This document shows, piece after piece, positions 52,887 to 57,670 of a DNA stretch of 57,670 bases. This DNA is from Opitutia bacterium (lineage in GTDB: Bacteria > Verrucomicrobiota > Verrucomicrobiia > Opitutales > T3Sed10-336): positions 1-57,670 of the forward strand of contig JBJHCF010000034.1 in NCBI GenBank assembly GCA_050506795.1, given 5' to 3'. The notes beneath the pieces were generated by a model. The model saw only the letters and a program-made list of their open reading frames with translations. It did not search any database and was not told where the DNA came from. The position numbers and the translations under genes were made by a program. Position 1 is the stretch's first letter. The number at the start of each line of letters is the position of its first letter.

Positions 52887-52995
52887 TAATTTAAAGTATC
52901 CGTAGAACGTCGGAATGGGACTGGCAGCACGAGGGGGCAAGACGACATAAGTCGACTCGGAGCGGCAGTCTTCATACCGCTACGTTAGTTTCAAT

Positions 52996-54975
52996 TCAAG
53001 GCGACAGAATGACCGGATAAAATGTTCCCCGGGCAGGCACTTGGGAAGATTCCACGAAAACATTGCCCGCCTGCTCACGATTACGGCTACCGAGGTAAAC
53101 CTTGGAGGTATCCGAAAAACTGACACGCCCCCCATTGTTAAGTTCCATGCACTTGTTGTTGAATATAAAGTTGTCGTTACGCGAGATGCTGTGAAAACTG
53201 GCCCAAGGCCCCATGATAGGGCGCCAGCTCGATCCCAAGGTCGTGGGCAGGATGATTCTGTTACCTTCGATAAGATTGTTGCCATTGTCATCGTTGTGGA
53301 AATTGACGTCTTGTTCGAGGAAGTTGTAAACGACCACATTATACTCGCAGTGCTCACTTTGCAGGACGATGTGACGGAGATTCTTAATGTGATTGTTTAC
53401 AATGAGATTTCTACTTGCCTGAATCTGAAAATAGCCGCGGCCACCTGAACCCTTGTTCCAGGCTCCGTCGACGTAGCAACCCCGGATCGTGATATGCGAC
53501 GAACGCCAGTTCGTGACGGGGTGATTCCCGCTGTCGATGATATTGACATCATCAAGCCAGCAATTGCGGGCATGGGTGAAATTCACAGAGGCTACCAGGA
53601 ACTCGCCTTTCGCGTTGTCCATCAAAGAGGGATCCGGTGTGCCGTAAGCACCCCTGATCGTGAGGTTGTCGAGCCCGGCATACTCGATGCGTTCAAAGCG
53701 AAAAGCTTGGTCGAATCCCTGCGGCTCCGTCGACGTGGTGATGGTAACATTCAGGACCACACCGTCGCGGCTTTCCCCAATCAGGCGGACATAATCCTGC
53801 ATAACGATCCTTGCATCGATGGTGTAATCTCCGTCGCGCAAATAAATAGCCCCGCCGCCCATTGCCGCCGCCCGCCGGGAGATCGCATTGATAGCATCAT
53901 TAATTCCAGCACTATCGGTCGCCGTAAGCACTTTCAGGACGGGATACGCAGAGCGGAACGGAATTCCCCCTTGGACACCGGCTGTCTGCCATATCTGCAT
54001 TTGCGGAAAGTTCGGATCCAGCTTATCCTCATCAAATCGCATTCCCGGATCACCGATCCGTTTGGTGCCCAGATTGAGTCGATAGAATTTAGGCATATCA
54101 GACCCGATTCTGAAACGTTCCGTGACCTGCTCGTAATTATCATTGAGAACCTCGGTGCTGGTTTCGTCGGGTTCCGTCTGGGGAATCGACCAGGATTTCA
54201 GGTCATCGCTTGTCTCCATCACGTAATTCGTGCCGGGAAGCAGCCTGTTGATGCGGCGTGTGTAAGTCAGCTCGCTGGCCGGACTGCCGTCAACGTCTGA
54301 AAAGTTGATGGCTAACGGCGGCATGTGTGGAGCGTCACTGGTATTGATGGCATTCACCGCATCCAGGACCAGGTCGCGATTCTGGTTAACGTTTCCGTCG
54401 TAAAACTGGATGCTCAAGATCATCTCCTTGCCGACATCGTGCGCGTTCACCATATAGATGAGCGGGGTTCTGACACCCGAATACAAACCGTTCGCTGCAC
54501 CCGGATCGTTTCCAGAACTAAACAAGCTGATGGCCGATCCTTCGGCGACAGCATCGCCACCAACCAGTAGCCTCGGCCTGAGCCCGGAAAAGCCATCGTT
54601 AGGTTGCTCATAAGCGAAGTCGATGATGAGCGAATGACCGACATCCGAAGCATCGACTATCCCCAGGGACCTGACGGCTCCATACTGTCCGGTGGAGGTC
54701 CCGCCACGCTTGATCAGCAGCGCACCGTCGTCGCTCCCATCCATTTTGTCGCGGTCCGAGGATATGGAAAGCAGTGTCAACGACGATTCGGCGTTCATGG
54801 GATACCACGGATCATGGTCATAGGCGCCTTCACCGAAGGTTTCCAGAAAACTGGCGGAGATTCCCTCCATTCCGTAGAGTGTCGACCGCCACCAGTCCTG
54901 AGCCTGAAGCGACAGGGTGAGCAGACAACACAGGAGAATTTTCACGCCATGGCGCAGAGGTGTGCTATGATTCAT
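52996..54975 (-). CDS. Exported protein with C-terminal beta-helix (pectate-lyase-superfamily-like) domain and an internal copy of the shared C-terminal domain
   Basis: Signal peptide. WQTAGVQGGIP, AINAI..GGAIYLRDGDY..LIGESRD, NCWLDDV, GGRGYF. Internal LTYTRR..YVMETSDDLKSW..KFYRLNL. Confidence 0.75.
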   Translation of the reverse strand: MNHSTPLRHGVKILLCCLLTLSLQAQDWWRSTLYGMEGISASFLETFGEGAYDHDPWYPMNAESSLTLLSISSDRDKMDGSDDGALLIKRGGTSTGQYGAVRSLGIVDASDVGHSLIIDFAYEQPNDGFSGLRPRLLVGGDAVAEGSAISLFSSGNDPGAANGLYSGVRTPLIYMVNAHDVGKEMILSIQFYDGNVNQNRDLVLDAVNAINTSDAPHMPPLAINFSDVDGSPASELTYTRRINRLLPGTNYVMETSDDLKSWSIPQTEPDETSTEVLNDNYEQVTERFRIGSDMPKFYRLNLGTKRIGDPGMRFDEDKLDPNFPQMQIWQTAGVQGGIPFRSAYPVLKVLTATDSAGINDAINAISRRAAAMGGGAIYLRDGDYTIDARIVMQDYVRLIGESRDGVVLNVTITTSTEPQGFDQAFRFERIEYAGLDNLTIRGAYGTPDPSLMDNAKGEFLVASVNFTHARNCWLDDVNIIDSGNHPVTNWRSSHITIRGCYVDGAWNKGSGGRGYFQIQASRNLIVNNHIKNLRHIVLQSEHCEYNVVVYNFLEQDVNFHNDDNGNNLIEGNRIILPTTLGSSWRPIMGPWASFHSISRNDNFIFNNKCMELNNGGRVSFSDTSKVYLGSRNREQAGNVFVESSQVPARGTFYPVILSP

Positions 54976-54987
54976 AATCTGGTTGAA

Positions 54988-55140
54988 TTAGGCACGGAGG
55001 AGTGTCATCGAAGCGCACACCAGGGAATTGGCGGGATCGATCACCTTGCCAACCACAAAGGTCAGAATGGCAGCGAAAATGCCAATGATGGCGATCGCGG
55101 TAGGTAACTCCATTAGGTTGAAGCCGCTGAGGGCTGGCTG
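54988..55140 (-). pseudogene. Decayed prepilin N-terminal fragment
   Basis: SGFNLMELPTAIAIIGIFAAILTFVVGKV..ANSLVCAS: a degenerate GFTLIELL..C.S pattern, truncated. Confidence 0.65.
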
Positions 55141-55147
55141 GATTTGG

Positions 55148-55324
55148 TGCGCCCGGACGTTGCCAGTTTTCCGGGTACAGTTCGCTGCGCCAGGACTGGG
55201 ACGCAGCTGCCGGGTTTTCACCGACCAGGCAGAGAAGACAGCCCAGGGTGAGCAGGAACCGGACACAGGCGGGTAAAATAGACACTTTAATCCCCATTGA
55301 CGATAAATAGCCGTAAAAGGCCGG
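55148..55324 (-). pseudogene. Duplicated 5' end (upstream region, signal peptide, WRSELYPENWQRP) of the 49287-52886 gene
   Basis: Ungapped match to 52737-52913 (offset 2411). Similarity stops where the pilin relic begins. Confidence 0.85.
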
Positions 55325-55860
55325 CAGTGTAGAAAAAATTATCAAAAGGGGTGGGAATTAGTTGTAGAAAGGGTAAGAAAGGGGGCAGGGAGAGCCTGGT
55401 GCTCAAGGACGGGCGCAGGCGTAAGACTGCGGTTAAGAAGAAGATATGTCTACCTTTACGGTCATGTGGACGGGGTTATGAAAGAAGCCACACCGACCAA
55501 CCCGTGTTCGGTGAAGTGAAGAGTAAGAGCGAAGATCGCCCGAACGCTTTAAAACGCCCTTGGAAAGGGCGAAGTGACCGGGTTGATCGTACGGGCGGCT
55601 GAGTTTTTGGATCGGGCGCGGTCAACACGTTCGTTCACCCCATGGTTTTCGAAAAGTTTCCAAGGCGTTTGAAGGGAGTCCTGTCAATAGTCTTTGCTAA
55701 CGTTTTTTTGGTTGTCCCTCTTGAGCAGGCTGTAGGAGAACATATTGCCGAAATGTGATGCGGGTCGTTATGGAGATACGCAAAACCCTTAAAAACCATC
55801 AATCATGAAATACGGCCTGAAAGGGCCGGGAACCGGGCGACAGGAGAAAGTACTGAAATT

Positions 55861-57330
55861 ATGCGAAAGGAACTAACTGCGGGTGCCTTGACGGCATCCT
55901 TGCTGATGGGTCTTGGAGTCCTCTCTCAAGCCGCTGGGGAACGGCCAAATATCGTGCTGATGTTCGTCGATGATCTGGGGTGGAAAGATACCGCGGTGAC
56001 GGGATCGGATCTTTACGAGACGCCGAACATCGACCGGCTGGCGGCCGAGGGCTTGCTTTTTACCGATGCGTATTCCTCAAGCACGGTCTGTTCGCCGAGT
56101 CGGGCCTCGCTGATGACCGGGATGGCGCCCGAGCGGCACCGGGTGACCGATTGGATCGGGGGACATTGGGAGAACTGGAATCAGCAGCGCCGGATGCAGT
56201 ATCCGCTCCGGCCACCGGAGTGGACCCGGGAATTGGAACTGCGTCACGACACCCTTGCCGAGTTGCTGAAAGGCGCCGGTTATCGCACGGCTCATGTCGG
56301 CAAATGGCATCTCACTCCGCCTTCGAACGACCTGGACGCCATCGAGCCGTACTTCCCGCAGAACCGGGGGTTCGATGTGAACATCGCCGGGAATCGGTTC
56401 GGCCAGCCTGGATCTTATTATTGGCCCTACTATCGAGAGGGCAGTGAGGTGATGGTAGCCAATTTTCCGCCTTCCGAGGAAACCACCGGTTTGTATTTAA
56501 CCGACATGAAGACCAATTATGTCGTCGGCCTGATCCAGGAATGGAAAGAGGATCCGTTCTTTATTTACGTGCCTTATTACCAGGTGCACACGCCGATCCA
56601 GGGAAGGCACGACCTGATTGACAAATATAGGCGGAAGCTCGCGGCGGGCGGCGATTTTCAGCACACCGATCCCGGGTATGCCGCGATGGTTGAAGCGCTG
56701 GATCAATCGGTCGGGCGAGTTCACGCGAAACTGGAGGAACTCGGGTTGGACGAGAATACGTTGATCATTTTCACCTCCGATAACGGAGGGCTTGATCGCG
56801 GCGATGGCAGGCCTACCAGCAATGCTCCCTTACGCGCGGGAAAGGGGACGGCTTACGAAGGGGGAGTCCGGGTACCGGCGATGATCCATTGGCCGGCAGT
56901 GGTTCCGGCGGGGGGTGTTTCCAGCGAGCCGATAATCACTCACGACTTGTTTCCCACCATCCTGCAGGCGGCCGGAGTGGAATTGGATTCCGAGCGCATG
57001 GCGCAAGTGGATGGGCTTTCGCTACTGTCGTTAATGGAGGATCCGGCCGCATCGTTGAACCGGGCCGCTCTGTTCTGGCATTATCCGCATTACCATATAC
57101 AGGGTGCCCGGCCTTACACCGCGGTACGAGCTGGAGATTGGCGGGCGATCCATTTCTACGAGGATGATCGGCTCGAGCTGTACAACCTGGCCCAGGATCC
57201 CGGTGAGCGGAATGACCTCAGCGAGGAACTCCCGGAGAAGGCCGCCGAATTGCGGGCCATGATTGACGCCCGCCGCAACGAGGTCGATGCCCAGGATCCG
57301 CGACCCAATCCGATTTATTCGGGGAACTGA
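55861..57330 (+). CDS. Sulfatase (S1 family, Cys-type), exported
   Basis: RPNIVLMFVDDLG, CSPSRASLMTG, GKWHL, YYQVHTP, TSDNGG, FWHYPHY. Confidence 0.95.
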   Translation: MRKELTAGALTASLLMGLGVLSQAAGERPNIVLMFVDDLGWKDTAVTGSDLYETPNIDRLAAEGLLFTDAYSSSTVCSPSRASLMTGMAPERHRVTDWIGGHWENWNQQRRMQYPLRPPEWTRELELRHDTLAELLKGAGYRTAHVGKWHLTPPSNDLDAIEPYFPQNRGFDVNIAGNRFGQPGSYYWPYYREGSEVMVANFPPSEETTGLYLTDMKTNYVVGLIQEWKEDPFFIYVPYYQVHTPIQGRHDLIDKYRRKLAAGGDFQHTDPGYAAMVEALDQSVGRVHAKLEELGLDENTLIIFTSDNGGLDRGDGRPTSNAPLRAGKGTAYEGGVRVPAMIHWPAVVPAGGVSSEPIITHDLFPTILQAAGVELDSERMAQVDGLSLLSLMEDPAASLNRAALFWHYPHYHIQGARPYTAVRAGDWRAIHFYEDDRLELYNLAQDPGERNDLSEELPEKAAELRAMIDARRNEVDAQDPRPNPIYSGN

Positions 57331-57477
57331 TTCCCGCGAGCCGGATAACCTTTGCATCATGGATGCGGCGGGAGAGCGGGCGGGCAGAATCGGGCGCAGC
57401 CTACAACATTCATCCGGATCTTCTCTATTTGAGGTGGGCTCCGAAAAGTGATTTCCGGGAACTTGCACCCCCGAAAT

Positions 57478-57670
57478 GACCGGCTGAAGCGCGGAGCTAC
57501 GCGGAAATCGTAGCGCCCTGCTTCAGCGGGCGTTCTGTGCGGTGTGCGGACGACGGTTCCCGGGAAGGGAACTCCGGCTAAAAGCACGGAGCTACGGGGG
57601 AGTACGAAACTCGTAGCGCCCTGCTTCAGCGGGCGTTCTGTGCGGTGTGCGGACGACGGTTCCCGGGAAG
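57478..57670. repeat. Second REP-doublet tandem array (period about 103 bp), cut by the window end
   Basis: TCGTAGCGCCCTGCTTCAGCGGGCGTTCTGTGCGGTGTGCGGACGACGGTTCCCGGGAAG occurs at 57508 and 57611, each preceded by a CCGGCT..GGAGCTAC REP. Confidence 0.85.

Overview
57.7 kb window that looks like PVC-superphylum DNA, probably Verrucomicrobiota/Opitutales. This is inferred from the PEP-CTERM protein, the Rhodopirellula/Verrucomicrobium-type ECF sigma with FecR-LamG partner, the H-X9-DG-type pilin-like protein and the many sulfatases. It is mostly a glycan/sulfated-polysaccharide degradation region: five intact Cys-type sulfatases, GH127, a clan GH-A glycosidase, an (alpha/alpha)6 glycosidase, a DUF5695-like giant, two beta-helix proteins, a BNR/sialidase-like protein and a DapA-like aldolase. 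It also holds glpQ, an nfeD-slipin pair, a SET-domain gene, dinB and a complete nrfH-nrfA-ccs cluster. No rRNA, tRNA, CRISPR, integrase or transposase gene was seen. Unexplained structure: (i) a ~146-bp non-coding element in three copies upstream of secreted-protein genes, with a fold kept through G-U-compatible changes; (ii) two REP-doublet tandem arrays with different units but the same ~55-bp leader; (iii) repeated nested domain insertions in four secreted proteins; (iv) a shared ~130-aa C-terminal domain on several exported proteins, apparently interchangeable with PEP-CTERM; (v) attC-like sites with no integrase; (vi) many gene relics. All family calls are by-eye motif recognition; no searches were run.
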